Origin: Candidatus Beckwithbacteria bacterium GW2011_GWC1_49_16
GTDB lineage: Bacteria > Patescibacteriota > Microgenomatia > UBA1400 > CG1-02-47-37
Length of the DNA stretch: 64,000 nucleotides
Reading direction: 5' to 3'
NCBI GenBank assembly: GCA_001029675.1
Contig: CP011210.1
Coordinates: 841,280-905,279, forward strand
Part shown: one piece after another, positions 44,907 to 54,943 of the stretch
Layout: each line of letters starts with the position of its first letter
Position numbering within the stretch: position 1 is the stretch's first letter
Translations under genes and position numbers: made by a program
The notes under the pieces: generated by a model
What the model was told of the DNA's origin: nothing
What the model saw: only the letters and a program-made list of their open reading frames with translations
Database searches by the model: none

Positions 44907-45776
44907 CTAGGAAACGGGAATTTTTCTTTTGCCAAAAGTGACGGCGTAACCGCCGACTTTGACGCCACCGCGTAGGTTAACGTACATTTTGCCGCCTTTG
45001 CCTAAGATATAGCCCTGCTCGATAACCAGCTGATCTTTATCGGTTAGGCCGTATTTTTGGACGTAGCAGCCCAAGGCGTCGGCGGCAATGCCGGTAATCG
45101 GGTCTTCGTCGATGCCGATTAGGGGATTAAACTGGCGGGCGTGAAAATCGCTGCCCGCCTCCATGGTTTGGCTGGTGAAGGGGTAAAACCCCCGACAATC
45201 TCCGTGAGCGCGGTAGTTTTTGATGCCGGCTAAATCTGGCTTAATACTTTTGAGGCTTATCAGTGAATCGACGGGGATCATTAGTTTAGCCACGCCGCCG
45301 GTGGAGACGCTTTGGAGAGGGTAGTTTAACAAGTGGTTTGCGTTTAGATTGAGCAATTTAGCGATCACCTCTTTGTCCGGTTCGGGACGGTAAAACTTGG
45401 GAGCAGATTGTTCCATGACCATCATGCCGTCCTGGCGGCAAAAAACTGCCAGGGTTCCTGCTTGGGTGACTTGGTTGGCTTTAACTTCTTTTTGGCCGGC
45501 AAGGTTGATTTGGATTTCTTGGACAAGAATGTGGAAAGCGGCGATGGTGGCGTGGCCACAAAGGGGCACTTCTGTTTTGGAAGTGAAGAACCTAACCCTA
45601 AAAGTAGACTTTTGCGGCAGCGCCTGAACAAACGCCGACTCGGAAAAGCCGAGCTTGCTGGCTATCTGCAACATTTGCTTGTCGCTTAAGTCGCCTGCTT
45701 CCAGGATAACGCCAGCGGGGTTGCCTTGATTGGGGTCTTTGGTAAAGGCTTTAACCAGGAAGGCTTCTTTGTCCAT
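44907..45776 (-). CDS. PhzF family isomerase-like protein
   Basis: GNPAGVIL near the N-terminus, CGHATIAA, and overall PhzF/YHI9 pattern. Confidence 0.6.
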   Translation of the reverse strand: MDKEAFLVKAFTKDPNQGNPAGVILEAGDLSDKQMLQIASKLGFSESAFVQALPQKSTFRVRFFTSKTEVPLCGHATIAAFHILVQEIQINLAGQKEVKANQVTQAGTLAVFCRQDGMMVMEQSAPKFYRPEPDKEVIAKLLNLNANHLLNYPLQSVSTGGVAKLMIPVDSLISLKSIKPDLAGIKNYRAHGDCRGFYPFTSQTMEAGSDFHARQFNPLIGIDEDPITGIAADALGCYVQKYGLTDKDQLVIEQGYILGKGGKMYVNLRGGVKVGGYAVTFGKRKIPVS

Positions 45777-45840
45777 AGAGAAATTTTAGCACGAGGAGCT
45801 TGGGGGTGAGGGCGGATGGGGTGGTTTTTCTTTATCTGTC

Positions 45841-45866
45841 TTGAGAAAAACACTCCGGGAGTGTTA
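45841..45866 (-). terminator. Intrinsic terminator after rpsI (end of the ribosomal superoperon)
   Basis: Perfect palindrome AACACTCC-G-GGAGTGTT followed on the minus strand by TTTTCTC. Confidence 0.55.
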
Positions 45867-45880
45867 GAGATTAGGAAGGA

Positions 45881-46294
45881 TTAGCGCTTGGGAGATTGTT
45901 TCTGGCGACGGGATTTACCGCCCTTGCCGGCTTGGCGGCGCTGCCTTTTTCTGGGGTCGCGGGTTAAAAGGTCGTACTTTTTTAACAGGGGTTTGAATTT
46001 ATCCTCATTGGCTTTGACGAGAGCCCGCGATAGACCGTGGGTGACGGCAACCAATTGGCCCGAAGGGCCGGAACCGACTACCTTGACGGATGCCGAGTAG
46101 CGGTCGATGACGCCGACGGCCTCAAAGGGCTTGAGATAAAGTTTTTTAGCCAGCTGGCCGGGAAAATAGTCCCCGATGGGCTTGTCGTTGACGGTAATCT
46201 CCCCTGGCTTTCTGAACAACCTGACCCGGGCGATGGCCCGTTTTCTGCGGCCGACGGCAAAGATGAAGTTGCTCTTTTTAGTCTTTTTTGGCAT
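45881..46294 (-). CDS. rpsI: 30S ribosomal protein S9
   Basis: Conserved S9 sequence with C-terminal basic tail. Confidence 0.9.
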   Translation of the reverse strand: MPKKTKKSNFIFAVGRRKRAIARVRLFRKPGEITVNDKPIGDYFPGQLAKKLYLKPFEAVGVIDRYSASVKVVGSGPSGQLVAVTHGLSRALVKANEDKFKPLLKKYDLLTRDPRKRQRRQAGKGGKSRRQKQSPKR

Positions 46295-46709
46295 GGGGCT
46301 TTAGCTGACTTTGGTGGGGGTGGGTGGCGTCTGGGAAAACTTTGAGGCGGCGCAGTCTGGGGTCACGAAGTTTGTTTTGGGGCAACATTCTTTTGACCGC
46401 CATTTCGATGATTTTTCTGGAGTCTTTGGCAAGCTGTTTGGCGAAAGTGATTGACTTTAAGCCGCCGGGGTAATTTGAGTGATGGTAGTAGGTTTTTTGG
46501 GTGGACTTTTTGCCGGTGACTTCGATTTGGTCGGAATTTATCACCACCACGTAGTCGCCGCAGTCAAGGTAAGAGGTAAAGTAGGGCTTGGATTTACCCA
46601 TGAGAAGCTGGGCGACTTTGGTGGCAAAGCGGCCCAAGATCTGGCCTTTGGCGTCGAGAAGATGCCAGGCTCTGGTAATGTCTTTTGGTTTGGTGGAGTA
46701 AGTCTTCAT
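46278..46709 (-). CDS. rplM: 50S ribosomal protein L13
   Basis: MKTYSTKPKDITRAWHLLDAKGQILGR. Confidence 0.9.
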   Translation of the reverse strand: MKTYSTKPKDITRAWHLLDAKGQILGRFATKVAQLLMGKSKPYFTSYLDCGDYVVVINSDQIEVTGKKSTQKTYYHHSNYPGGLKSITFAKQLAKDSRKIIEMAVKRMLPQNKLRDPRLRRLKVFPDATHPHQSQLKPHAKKD

Positions 46710-47257
46710 TAGTGTTTTTGACGGCCGGCTTTTTTAAGGTAGCGGGCGAAAAGGCCGCGGCGCTCGGTCTTCTCCTCCGGGGCTTGGGGAGTCGCAGATT
46801 TTACTTTAAGGTCGGACCTTCCCTCACTGCGTTCGGGTTGCCCAGACCGCTTCGCGGTCTTCCCCTTTAAGGTCCGACCTTTGGTCTTGGCTTTAGGCGG
46901 AGCCTTGTCTACCAGCTCGAGGCGGGCCATCATGGCGTTGTCTCCAACCCGCCTGCCGACGCGAATCAGCCGGGTAAAGCCGGAGAGGCGCTTTTTGGTG
47001 CGGGGGGCGATGTCGTCAAAAAGCTTGTGGACTGCCGTCTTGTCCGGCAAGAAAGCCAACAGCTGCCGCCGGGACGAAAGCGAGCCTTTTTGGGCCCGGG
47101 AAATTAATTTATCGACCAGGCCCTTGACCGCCTTGGCTTTGGCCTCGGTGGTCAAAATCGCTTCTTTGAGGATCAACGACCGGGCCAACCCTTTGAACAG
47201 GGCTTGGCGCTTTTTGGTGTTGCGGCCGAGCTTGAGGCCTTTTTTACGATGCCTCAT
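46709..47257 (-). CDS. rplQ: 50S ribosomal protein L17 with C-terminal extension
   Basis: MRHRKKGLKLGRNTKKRQALFKGLARSL. 182 aa, so it carries a C-terminal extension. Confidence 0.85.
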   Translation of the reverse strand: MRHRKKGLKLGRNTKKRQALFKGLARSLILKEAILTTEAKAKAVKGLVDKLISRAQKGSLSSRRQLLAFLPDKTAVHKLFDDIAPRTKKRLSGFTRLIRVGRRVGDNAMMARLELVDKAPPKAKTKGRTLKGKTAKRSGQPERSEGRSDLKVKSATPQAPEEKTERRGLFARYLKKAGRQKH

Positions 47258-48174
47258 TAACCTTTGACCTTTATGCCTTTGGCTTTTAATTTTTTAATGA
47301 TGATGTCGACCGACTTACCGCCGAGGTTTTTGACTTTGGCGATGTCGGCGACGCTGACGCCGGCAAAGTCCTTGACCGTGGCGTAGCCGCCTTTTCTTAG
47401 GGCGTTGGCGATACGCGTGGGTAAGTCTAGCTCCTCGACCGAGAGCTTGAGAGCCTCGTCGTCGTCCTCTTTGACCACCTCTTCCGCCTTGGCTTTCTCG
47501 AAAGTCGGCTCGACTATTTGGGTAAAGGAGGCGATCAAGATCCGGGCGGCGTGGCTTAGCGCCTCGGCGGGCTTGATGGAGCCGTCGGTGGTAATCTCCA
47601 GCACCAGCTTGTCCAGGTCGGTGCGCCTGCCGACGCGGGCGGTGTCGACGTGGTACTTGACGCGCAAAACCGGAGAAAAGGTGGCGTCTAAGACTATCTC
47701 GCCTAACTTTTCCGGCTGGCGGTCTTTGCTCGATTGGTAGCCGTAGCCGGGGCTGATGGTGAGCTTAGCCTCGAGTTTGGCTTTTTTGTCAGAAAGATCG
47801 GCTAAAACCAGGTCGGCGTTGACCACTTTGACCTTGGCCGGGGCCTTGATGTCGCCGGCTTTGATTTTGCCCGGGCCGGTGGCGGTGATTTCCGCCTCGA
47901 CCGGTTTGTCGCCCGTAAACTTAAAGCGAACCTGCTTTAAGTTTAACAAGAATTCGACCACGTCCTGGCGCATGCCGGAAAGCGTGGTAAATTGGTGGCT
48001 GACGCCCTCGATTGATACCTTGGTGACGGCGGCGCCGGGAAGGCTGGTTAAGAGCACCCGCCGAATGGCGTTGCCGAGAGTCAAGCCGTAGCCGGGCTCG
48101 AGCGGCGAAAGCTCGAAGCGGCCGAAATCGCGACTGACGGCCCGGGCAGTGGTTTTAAAGTTTACTTTTAACAT
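47257..48174 (-). CDS. rpoA: DNA-directed RNA polymerase subunit alpha
   Basis: N-terminal alpha dimerisation domain plus alpha-CTD (ELDLPTRIANAL). Confidence 0.9.
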   Translation of the reverse strand: MLKVNFKTTARAVSRDFGRFELSPLEPGYGLTLGNAIRRVLLTSLPGAAVTKVSIEGVSHQFTTLSGMRQDVVEFLLNLKQVRFKFTGDKPVEAEITATGPGKIKAGDIKAPAKVKVVNADLVLADLSDKKAKLEAKLTISPGYGYQSSKDRQPEKLGEIVLDATFSPVLRVKYHVDTARVGRRTDLDKLVLEITTDGSIKPAEALSHAARILIASFTQIVEPTFEKAKAEEVVKEDDDEALKLSVEELDLPTRIANALRKGGYATVKDFAGVSVADIAKVKNLGGKSVDIIIKKLKAKGIKVKG

Positions 48175-48182
48175 GTAACTCC

Positions 48183-48791
48183 TTACCTGGAGTAAAACTC
48201 CACTATTTGTTGTTCTTGAATGTTGGCGTCGACTTCTTCGCGCTGGGGCAAGCGCTCCACTTTGGCCACGGCGGCCTTACGTTTAATCCATTTGGGGGGT
48301 GAAAAATCCTTGTCGCTAAGAAGTTCGGCGACGTGGGGAACTTTTTGGCCTTTGTCGGTCAAGCTGACTACGGCTCCCGGTTTGACTTCGTAAGAGGGGA
48401 CGTCGATTTTTTTGCCGTCGACTAAGACGTGGCCGTGGCCGACCAATTGTCTGGCGGCGGCGCGGGTGGGGGCGAGCCCAGCCCGGTAGATAATGTTGTC
48501 GAGACGGGATTCAAGAATTTCTAACAATTTGGCGCCGGTGGCGGCCTTTAACTTTCTGGCCCGGTTGTAGTAGCGGCGGAACTGGCGTTCGAGGACGCCG
48601 TAGTAGGCCCTTAACTTTTGTTTTTCGGTTAGCTGGAGGGCGTAGTCGGAACGTTTTCTGATATAGCGCTGGCCGTGGTGGCCGGGGCGGTGGGGTTTTT
48701 TGGCCAAAATCTTGTCGAACTTGGGGTTGCCGAAGATATTTTCGTTGAAAAGTCTGACCACTTTGGCTCTGGGTGTATTTGCTCTTGCCAT
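48183..48791 (-). CDS. rpsD: 30S ribosomal protein S4
   Basis: MARANTPRAKVVRLF, S4 domain. Confidence 0.9.
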   Translation of the reverse strand: MARANTPRAKVVRLFNENIFGNPKFDKILAKKPHRPGHHGQRYIRKRSDYALQLTEKQKLRAYYGVLERQFRRYYNRARKLKAATGAKLLEILESRLDNIIYRAGLAPTRAAARQLVGHGHVLVDGKKIDVPSYEVKPGAVVSLTDKGQKVPHVAELLSDKDFSPPKWIKRKAAVAKVERLPQREEVDANIQEQQIVEFYSR

Positions 48792-48796
48792 ATAAA

Positions 48797-49156
48797 TTAA
48801 CCCCTCCGCCTCTTTTTGGGCCGGCAGCCGTTGTGGGGCATGGGAGAAACGTCGGCTAACTCAATTACTCTGATGCCGCTGGCTCTTAAAGCGCTCAAGG
48901 CGGCGTCGCGGCCGGAGCCGGGGCCTTTGATGAAGACTTGGGCAGAAGTTAACCCTTGGTCTTTGGCTTTTTTTAAAACGGCGTCGATGGCGGTGGTGGC
49001 GGCAAAGGGAGTGGATTTTCTGGCGCCTTTAAAGCCGGATGAACCGGTCGAACCCCAGAGGGCGACTTGGCCGTCCGGGTCGGTAACGGTGATGATGGTG
49101 TTGTTGAAGGTGGCGGTGATGTAGATGCGGCCCTGGTTCAACGATTTTTGGGTCAT
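48797..49156 (-). CDS. rpsK: 30S ribosomal protein S11
   Basis: Conserved S11. Confidence 0.9.
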   Translation of the reverse strand: MTQKSLNQGRIYITATFNNTIITVTDPDGQVALWGSTGSSGFKGARKSTPFAATTAIDAVLKKAKDQGLTSAQVFIKGPGSGRDAALSALRASGIRVIELADVSPMPHNGCRPKKRRRG

Positions 49157-49159
49157 AGG

Positions 49160-49558
49160 TTATTTTTTGGCCTCTTCAACTTTGGTGGCTTCTTCTTTTT
49201 TAAGGGCGCCGACGGTCATGCGTTTACCTCTTTTGGTGCGGGCGTTGTGGCGGGTTCTCTGGCCGCGGGCGGGAAGATTTGCCGAGTGGCGTTTGCCCCG
49301 GTAGGTGCCGATTTGCTTTAAACGCTTGATGTTGTCGCGGACGGTCTTTCGTAAGTTGCCTTCGGTGGAGACGGTGTCTAAGGCCTTAGCCAAGCGGCTG
49401 ATCTCGTCGGGAGTTAAGTCGCGGGCTTTTTTGTCGGGGTCGACGTGGGCCAGTTTTAAGATAGAGCCGACGTTGCCCCGGCCGATGCCAAAGATGGCGG
49501 TTAAGGCGATTTCGGTTCTTTTTTGCTCTGGTAGGTCAATACCTGATATGCGGGGCAT
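49160..49558 (-). CDS. rpsM: 30S ribosomal protein S13
   Basis: MPRISGIDLPEQKR. Confidence 0.9.
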   Translation of the reverse strand: MPRISGIDLPEQKRTEIALTAIFGIGRGNVGSILKLAHVDPDKKARDLTPDEISRLAKALDTVSTEGNLRKTVRDNIKRLKQIGTYRGKRHSANLPARGQRTRHNARTKRGKRMTVGALKKEEATKVEEAKK

Positions 49559-49560
49559 AT

Positions 49561-49674
49561 TTAGCCTTGTCTCTGTTTATGCCGCGGGTTGGTGCAAACG
49601 ACGTAGACCTTCCCCTTGCGGCGAACGATTTTACATTTGAGGCATCTTTTTTTGACTGATGCTTGGACTTTCAT
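49561..49674 (-). CDS. rpmJ: 50S ribosomal protein L36
   Basis: Not in the ORF track. The reverse complement encodes [37 protein letters not shown] (37 aa, zinc ribbon). Confidence 0.9.
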   Translation of the reverse strand: MKVQASVKKRCLKCKIVRRKGKVYVVCTNPRHKQRQG

Positions 49675-49719
49675 AAAATAACTTAATACTTAATACTAAA
49701 AACTTTGAGGTTTGAGCCC

Positions 49720-49941
49720 TTACTTGTTTCTGTAAACGATGCGACCCTTGGTGTCGTCATAGGGGGTCAGCTCGACCTTAACCTGGTCACCAGGAAGAAC
49801 TCTAATGCGGTACATTCTCATTTTGCCTGCCAGGTGACAAAGAAGGACTTTGTTTGAATTTTCAAGCTTGACTCTGAAGGTGGCGTTGGGCAGTGCCTCG
49901 ATTACCTCCCCTTCGACTGTGTTAGCGTCGCTGTCAACCAT
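49720..49941 (-). CDS. infA: Translation initiation factor IF-1
   Basis: 73 aa S1-like OB fold. [32 protein letters not shown]. Confidence 0.9.
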   Translation of the reverse strand: MVDSDANTVEGEVIEALPNATFRVKLENSNKVLLCHLAGKMRMYRIRVLPGDQVKVELTPYDDTKGRIVYRNK

Positions 49942-49953
49942 TTAGTCTGTTGA

Positions 49954-50718
49954 TTATACCATTTCTGTCAAAATTTGTGGGCCGGTGGTGGTGATAGCGA
50001 CGGTATCTTCAAACACAGCCGCTAGTTTACCATCGGCGGTAGCAATAGTCCAGTGGTCGGCCTCATCGGTAACGGTGTCGGGGGTGCCGGCCATGTAGAT
50101 GGCCTCGATCGCCAGGGTCATGCCGACAGTTAATTTGGGGCTTAATTCGATCGGCCCGTCGATAAAACAGGGCACGGCCGGAGCCTCGTGGAGCTGACGG
50201 CCCACGCCGTGGCCGGTGAGGTTGGTGGCCGGAGAGTAGCCGGCGGCAGTGATGGTATCCTCCAACGCTTGGGAAATGTGGCCGACGCGGTGGCCGGGGA
50301 CGGCTTGGGCGATAGCCAGTTTTAAGGCTTTTTTGCCCACGGCAAGGAATTTGAGCTTATCGGGGTAGAGATTTTTTTGCCTGGTGGCAGTGAAGCTAAC
50401 TGAAGTGTCGGTGTGAAAGCCTTGGTAGTAGAGGCCGACGTCGATAGAAACCAAGTCGCCTTCGGTTATTTTGGTGGCGGAGGGGATGCCGTGGACAATG
50501 CCGGAATTGAGGTTGACGCAGGTGGCAAAGCGGTAGCCGGGGACCAGGGCAAAAGAGGCCTGGCCGCCGGAATTGCTGATGAGTTTTTGGGCCAAGGCTT
50601 CGATTTGGGACAGGGCAACTCCGGGGGCGGCAAAGTTTACCAGTTGGTTTTTGATGGCGGCTAACTTCTTGCCGCCCTCCGCCATTGACTTGACTTTAAC
50701 GGCTAATTTTAAGTTCAT
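49954..50718 (-). CDS. map: Methionine aminopeptidase (type I)
   Basis: Pita-bread fold with metal ligands in conserved blocks (DVGLYYQGFHTD, HGVGRQLHE). Confidence 0.9.
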   Translation of the reverse strand: MNLKLAVKVKSMAEGGKKLAAIKNQLVNFAAPGVALSQIEALAQKLISNSGGQASFALVPGYRFATCVNLNSGIVHGIPSATKITEGDLVSIDVGLYYQGFHTDTSVSFTATRQKNLYPDKLKFLAVGKKALKLAIAQAVPGHRVGHISQALEDTITAAGYSPATNLTGHGVGRQLHEAPAVPCFIDGPIELSPKLTVGMTLAIEAIYMAGTPDTVTDEADHWTIATADGKLAAVFEDTVAITTTGPQILTEMV

Positions 50719-51259
50719 TTAAAATGCTTCTTAGTTGGCCGTGGAAACGGTCCAGAGTCGAGTTGTTTTGCACCAGAAAGTCTGAAAGAGCAATCGGCCC
50801 GCCTTTGTTTAAATTTTCCAGTTCGGCCATGTCGCGGAGGCGGGCTTGGTCTGGTTGAAGCGGCCTGACGGCCCGAGAGCTCAAGCGGGCGTAGCGGACC
50901 GGCGGCTTGGCGTAAACGGCCAGCAAAATCAGGCCGGGAAAGGCCTGTTTTAGATAGAGGTATTCTTCCCAGGAATAAAGGCCGTCTAAGACCACCAAGG
51001 GGTGGTCGGCTAAAAGTTTTTTGACCTGGGGGGTTACCTTCCGGGCGTAGGCGTCCATGCCCAAGCGCTGGCGCAATCCCTCGCGAAAGGCCTTTTCGTT
51101 TGCCTCGGTTAAGGGCAGGTTTTGCTCTTTTAGGCCTTGGTCGGTGACGGCGCCGAAACGAACCACGGGGTAGCCTAGGCTTTTAAAAAAAGCGGCGGCG
51201 GCCGATTTGCCGGCTCCGGGCATGCCGACGACGGCGACGATGGCGGGTCTTGGGGTCAT
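50696..51259 (-). CDS. P-loop nucleotide kinase-like protein (dephospho-CoA-kinase-like)
   Basis: Walker A VVGMPGAGKSAAAAFF. 187 aa, inserted between map and adk. Confidence 0.45.
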   Translation of the reverse strand: MTPRPAIVAVVGMPGAGKSAAAAFFKSLGYPVVRFGAVTDQGLKEQNLPLTEANEKAFREGLRQRLGMDAYARKVTPQVKKLLADHPLVVLDGLYSWEEYLYLKQAFPGLILLAVYAKPPVRYARLSSRAVRPLQPDQARLRDMAELENLNKGGPIALSDFLVQNNSTLDRFHGQLRSILNELKISR

Positions 51260-51834
51260 GACTTGGCGTTTACCAGGCCCAAAATATCTTGGTGGATGGC
51301 CTCGACTGACTGCTCGCCGTTAACCTCTTTTAACAAACCTTCTTGGCGGTAGAAATTTAAGACCTCTTCTTCCTGCTTTTGGTAGAGGTTGAGGCGCTGC
51401 CTGATCTTTTCCTGGCTGTCGTGGAGAGTACCGTCGGGGCTGACCCGGGCTCTGTTTAACAAGCGTTTGACCGACTCGGCCTCGGAGACTTTGAGGTAGA
51501 AAACGAAATTGACGTGATGGCCGTATTTGTCCAGTTTTTCGGCCAGAAACAGGGCTTGGGAGTGGTTTCGGGGAAAGCCGTCGATGATGAAGCCGGCGGC
51601 GACGTCTTTGTCTTTGAGGCGGGCCTTCCAGAGGACGAACATCTCCGAGTCGGCGACATAGTGGCCGGAGTTTAGGGCTTCACGGCAGGTTTGGCCCATG
51701 ACGCCGCGGTCTTTTTCAGCGTAGTGGCGGACCAAGTCGCCGGAGCCAAGGTAAGGCAGTTTCAATTTTTCTGCCAGGAGCTTGGCCTGGGTGGATTTGC
51801 CGGAACCCTCGGGGCCGTAAAAGATTATGTACAT
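51256..51834 (-). CDS. adk: Adenylate kinase
   Basis: MYIIFYGPEGSGKSTQAKLLAEKL P-loop, NMP-binding and LID regions. Confidence 0.9.
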   Translation of the reverse strand: MYIIFYGPEGSGKSTQAKLLAEKLKLPYLGSGDLVRHYAEKDRGVMGQTCREALNSGHYVADSEMFVLWKARLKDKDVAAGFIIDGFPRNHSQALFLAEKLDKYGHHVNFVFYLKVSEAESVKRLLNRARVSPDGTLHDSQEKIRQRLNLYQKQEEEVLNFYRQEGLLKEVNGEQSVEAIHQDILGLVNAKS

Positions 51835-51841
51835 AGGTTTA

Positions 51842-53122
51842 TTATAGAAAGCTGTCGTAATTTCTCATAATCAGCTGCGACTCTAGACTTTTGCTGACTT
51901 CTAAAACTACCGAGACGACGATTAAAATGCCGGTACCGCCGAGAGTCAGAGTGGTGATGCCGGTGAGCGACGAGGCGATGGAAGGGAGGATGGCGACTAA
52001 CCCTAAAAAGATAGCGCCGGCCAGGGTGATCCGGTTTAAGACGTAGGAAAGGTAGTCGGCGGTGGGGCGGCCGGGGCGGATGCCGGGAATGAAGCCGCCG
52101 TATTTTTTGATGTCGTCGGCAATTTTATCCGGGTTGAAGGTAACGGCGGTGTAAAAGTAAGTAAAGGCAACGACCAGGCCAAAGTAGATCAGGTGGTAGG
52201 GGGCGCGGTTGGGGTCAAACCAGTTGACCAATAACCCAGAAAGCCTGACCAGGGTAGGATTTGAAGCCTGCTGAAGCCAGCTGCCCAAGATGCTGGGCAT
52301 GACCACCAAGGAAACGGCAAAGATGATGGGAATGACGCCGGCTTGGTTGACGCGTAAGGGAAGATGGGTGCTGGTTCCGCCCTGGGAAGAGGTAGAAATG
52401 CGGCGGGCGTAGCGGACGGTGATTTGACGGGTGGCTTCGTTGACGTAGACGATGCCGGCGATGACCGCCAGCCCCATGATGGAAAAGGCGAGCAAATGAG
52501 ACAAGCTGACGGCTTGGATGATGGAGGTGGTCTGGAACAATGAGATGGGCAGGCGGCTGACGATGCCGGCAAAGATTAACAGCGAGATGCCGTTGCCGAG
52601 GCCGTATTCGGTGAGAAGCTCCCCCAGCCACATCAGTAAGCAGGTGCCGGCCACCATGGTGGTGACGATGGTGATGATGTCAGCCGGGCTGGTGGGGTTT
52701 AGTACCTGCTGGTTTCGGAGTAACACCACCATGCCGATTGATTGGAGGGCGGCCAAAGGCACGGTCAGAAGCCGGGTGTATTGGTTGATTTTTTCCCGGC
52801 CCAGATCGCCTTCTTTTTGTAAAGCCTCAAGCTTGGGGAAAACCATGGTCAGAAGCTGGAGGACAATCGAGGCGTTGATATAAGGGGCCAGCCCCAAGGC
52901 CATGACGGAAAAGTTGGCCAAGGTGCCCCCGGAAAAGATATCCAGTAGTCCTAATATTTGATTTGAAGCAAAAAGTTGGTTTAAAGCCACCAGGTCGACT
53001 CCGGGGGCGGGAACGTGGGCGATAAGGCGGAAAATGGCAAAAATCCCCAGGGTAATGAGGAATTTTTTTCTAAGCTCGGGGGTTTTAACGGCGTTTAAAA
53101 TCGAAGAGAAACGGTTAGTCAT
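51842..53122 (-). CDS. secY: Preprotein translocase subunit SecY
   Basis: 426 aa, 10 TM, conserved SecY blocks. Confidence 0.9.
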   Translation of the reverse strand: MTNRFSSILNAVKTPELRKKFLITLGIFAIFRLIAHVPAPGVDLVALNQLFASNQILGLLDIFSGGTLANFSVMALGLAPYINASIVLQLLTMVFPKLEALQKEGDLGREKINQYTRLLTVPLAALQSIGMVVLLRNQQVLNPTSPADIITIVTTMVAGTCLLMWLGELLTEYGLGNGISLLIFAGIVSRLPISLFQTTSIIQAVSLSHLLAFSIMGLAVIAGIVYVNEATRQITVRYARRISTSSQGGTSTHLPLRVNQAGVIPIIFAVSLVVMPSILGSWLQQASNPTLVRLSGLLVNWFDPNRAPYHLIYFGLVVAFTYFYTAVTFNPDKIADDIKKYGGFIPGIRPGRPTADYLSYVLNRITLAGAIFLGLVAILPSIASSLTGITTLTLGGTGILIVVSVVLEVSKSLESQLIMRNYDSFL

Positions 53123-53574
53123 TTAACCTTCTCGATAATTTTGCCTCCGGCGGCGGTAATTTTTTTAGCCGCGGCCTTGGAGGTGGCTAAGGCCACTTTT
53201 AAACCCTTGGGGGCAACACCGTCGCCTAAAAGCTTGATGGGTAAATTTTGCGCGCTTGGGGGTAAAAGGCCGACTTTGACCAAGCTTTCCGGCGTCACCT
53301 CGGAGGTTTTTGGGAAATCTTTAAGATCTTTAAGGTTTAAGATGACGCTAGCAGTCTTAAAGGACTTAAACTTACCCTTACCGCGGAACATGGGCAGGCG
53401 GCGGATGAGGCTTTTTCTCATGGCCGTGCCTTCGAAATAAGTTTTGACTTTGCTTCGGGCCTTTTGGCCTTTGGCGCCGCGGCCTGAAGTGTGGCCGCCT
53501 TTGCCTGAGCCGTAGCCGCGGCCGGGGCGTTTTTTACTTTTGGTAACGGTTTTGGTTAACTTTTCAAGCTTCAT
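53119..53574 (-). CDS. rplO: 50S ribosomal protein L15
   Basis: [20 protein letters not shown]. It directly follows S5, with no L30 gene between them. Confidence 0.9.
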   Translation of the reverse strand: MKLEKLTKTVTKSKKRPGRGYGSGKGGHTSGRGAKGQKARSKVKTYFEGTAMRKSLIRRLPMFRGKGKFKSFKTASVILNLKDLKDFPKTSEVTPESLVKVGLLPPSAQNLPIKLLGDGVAPKGLKVALATSKAAAKKITAAGGKIIEKVK

Positions 53575-53582
53575 GAGTCTCC

Positions 53583-54050
53583 TTAAATTTTTTCTAATTT
53601 TTTTAATGCTTTAATGGTAGCATAAACGTTTGAGGCCGGATTTCTGGTACCCAAAACTTTGCTGGAAATGTTTTTGACGCCGGCGGCTTCCATGACGGCC
53701 CTGACCGGGCCTCCGGCGATGACTCCGCTGCCGGGAGGAGCGGGTTTGAGGAGGATTTTGGCGGCGCCGAACTTGAATATGATGTCGTGGGGAATGGTAT
53801 CGTTCTTAAGGGGAACGGTGATCAGGTTTTTCTTGGCGCGCCGGACACCCTTTTTGATGCCGCCGACGACGTCGGGAGCCTTGCCCAGGCCCACGCCGAC
53901 GCGGCCTTTTTTGTCGCCGACGACCATGAGCACCGAAAAGCCGATTTGGTTGCCGCCTTTGGTCTTTTTGGAAACGCGGCTGACCTGGATGACTTTTTCG
54001 TCAAATTCTTTGGGTTCTTGGCGGCGGGGATAGGACCTTGAATCTCTCAT
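53583..54050 (-). CDS. rpsE: 30S ribosomal protein S5
   Basis: Conserved S5. Confidence 0.9.
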   Translation of the reverse strand: MRDSRSYPRRQEPKEFDEKVIQVSRVSKKTKGGNQIGFSVLMVVGDKKGRVGVGLGKAPDVVGGIKKGVRRAKKNLITVPLKNDTIPHDIIFKFGAAKILLKPAPPGSGVIAGGPVRAVMEAAGVKNISSKVLGTRNPASNVYATIKALKKLEKI

Positions 54051-54052
54051 AG

Positions 54053-54379
54053 TTAGAATTTTAAACCACCTTTGCGGGCTGCTTCAGCCAGGGCTTTGAC
54101 CCGGCCGTGGTAGCGGAAGCCGCCGCGGTCAAAAACCACTTTAATAATTTTTTTGGGTTTGGCGGCAGCGGCGATGGCCTCCCCGACTGATTCGGCCAGC
54201 TTGGTCTTTTTGATAGCGGCAGTTTTTTTAAGCTTCAAGCTTGAGGCAGAAGCTAAAATGTTGCCGGTTTTGGGTTCGATAATCTGGGCGTAGATTTGTT
54301 TGCCCGAACGAAAGACCGACAGCCGGGGTAAGTTTACCCGGCGGATTTTGGCGCGGACTCGTAACTTTCTTTGTTGCAT
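54053..54379 (-). CDS. rplR: 50S ribosomal protein L18
   Basis: Conserved L18. Confidence 0.9.
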   Translation of the reverse strand: MQQRKLRVRAKIRRVNLPRLSVFRSGKQIYAQIIEPKTGNILASASSLKLKKTAAIKKTKLAESVGEAIAAAAKPKKIIKVVFDRGGFRYHGRVKALAEAARKGGLKF

Positions 54380-54383
54380 AAGT

Positions 54384-54941
54384 TTAACCTTCGCCGCCTT
54401 CGGCGGCTTTAGCGGCTTTACCCGGCTTCAATTTAACTTCCTCCCCCTGATAGCGGATGCCTTTACCCTTATAGACGTCGGGAGGCCGCAGCCGACGGAT
54501 CTTGGCGGCGGTTTCGCCCACCAGTTGTTTGTCGGCGCCGGAAACGGTGATGAGATTGTTGTCGTTGGCCTCAAGCTTGATGCCCTCTGGGGCGGGAAAA
54601 ATTATCGGGTGGGAGAAGCCGAGTTTTAGCTCTAAACCGTTGTCTTTGGCGGCGACCCGGTAGCCGGTGCCGAGAATCTGTAAAACCTTGCTGAAACCCG
54701 CGCTGACGCCTTTGACGGCGTTGGCGATTAGAGACCGGGTCAGACCATGCAGCTCCCTGGCCTGACGGGAGTTTTTAACCGGAGAGATAAAAAGCTGGTC
54801 ACCTTTTTGCTCGAGCTTTAATTCACGGGGGATTATCTGGGAAAGCTCACCGCTCCCCGACTTAACCGTGACCCGTCTGCCGTCGACGGTGACGGTAACT
54901 TGGTCAGGGATGGTGATGGGGGCTTTGCCGACTCTAGACAT
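54384..54941 (-). CDS. rplF: 50S ribosomal protein L6
   Basis: [12 protein letters not shown]; start taken at the ATG at 54941. Confidence 0.9.
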   Translation of the reverse strand: MSRVGKAPITIPDQVTVTVDGRRVTVKSGSGELSQIIPRELKLEQKGDQLFISPVKNSRQARELHGLTRSLIANAVKGVSAGFSKVLQILGTGYRVAAKDNGLELKLGFSHPIIFPAPEGIKLEANDNNLITVSGADKQLVGETAAKIRRLRPPDVYKGKGIRYQGEEVKLKPGKAAKAAEGGEG

Positions 54942-54943
54942 AG

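Noticed and set aside
46301-46325. G-rich tract GGTGGGGGTGGGTGG as another repeat/G4 element
   Set aside because: It lies inside the rplM coding 3' end, where it encodes ..THPHQ.. on the minus strand. Most likely codon-driven.
52189-54041. Long antisense or overlapping ORFs inside secY, rpsE and the other r-protein genes (for example 52215..52631, 53659..54033, 53787..54041)
   Set aside because: Their composition is shadow-ORF-like (Pro/Arg/Ser-rich). They overlap highly conserved genes and are artefacts of GC-rich coding sequence.
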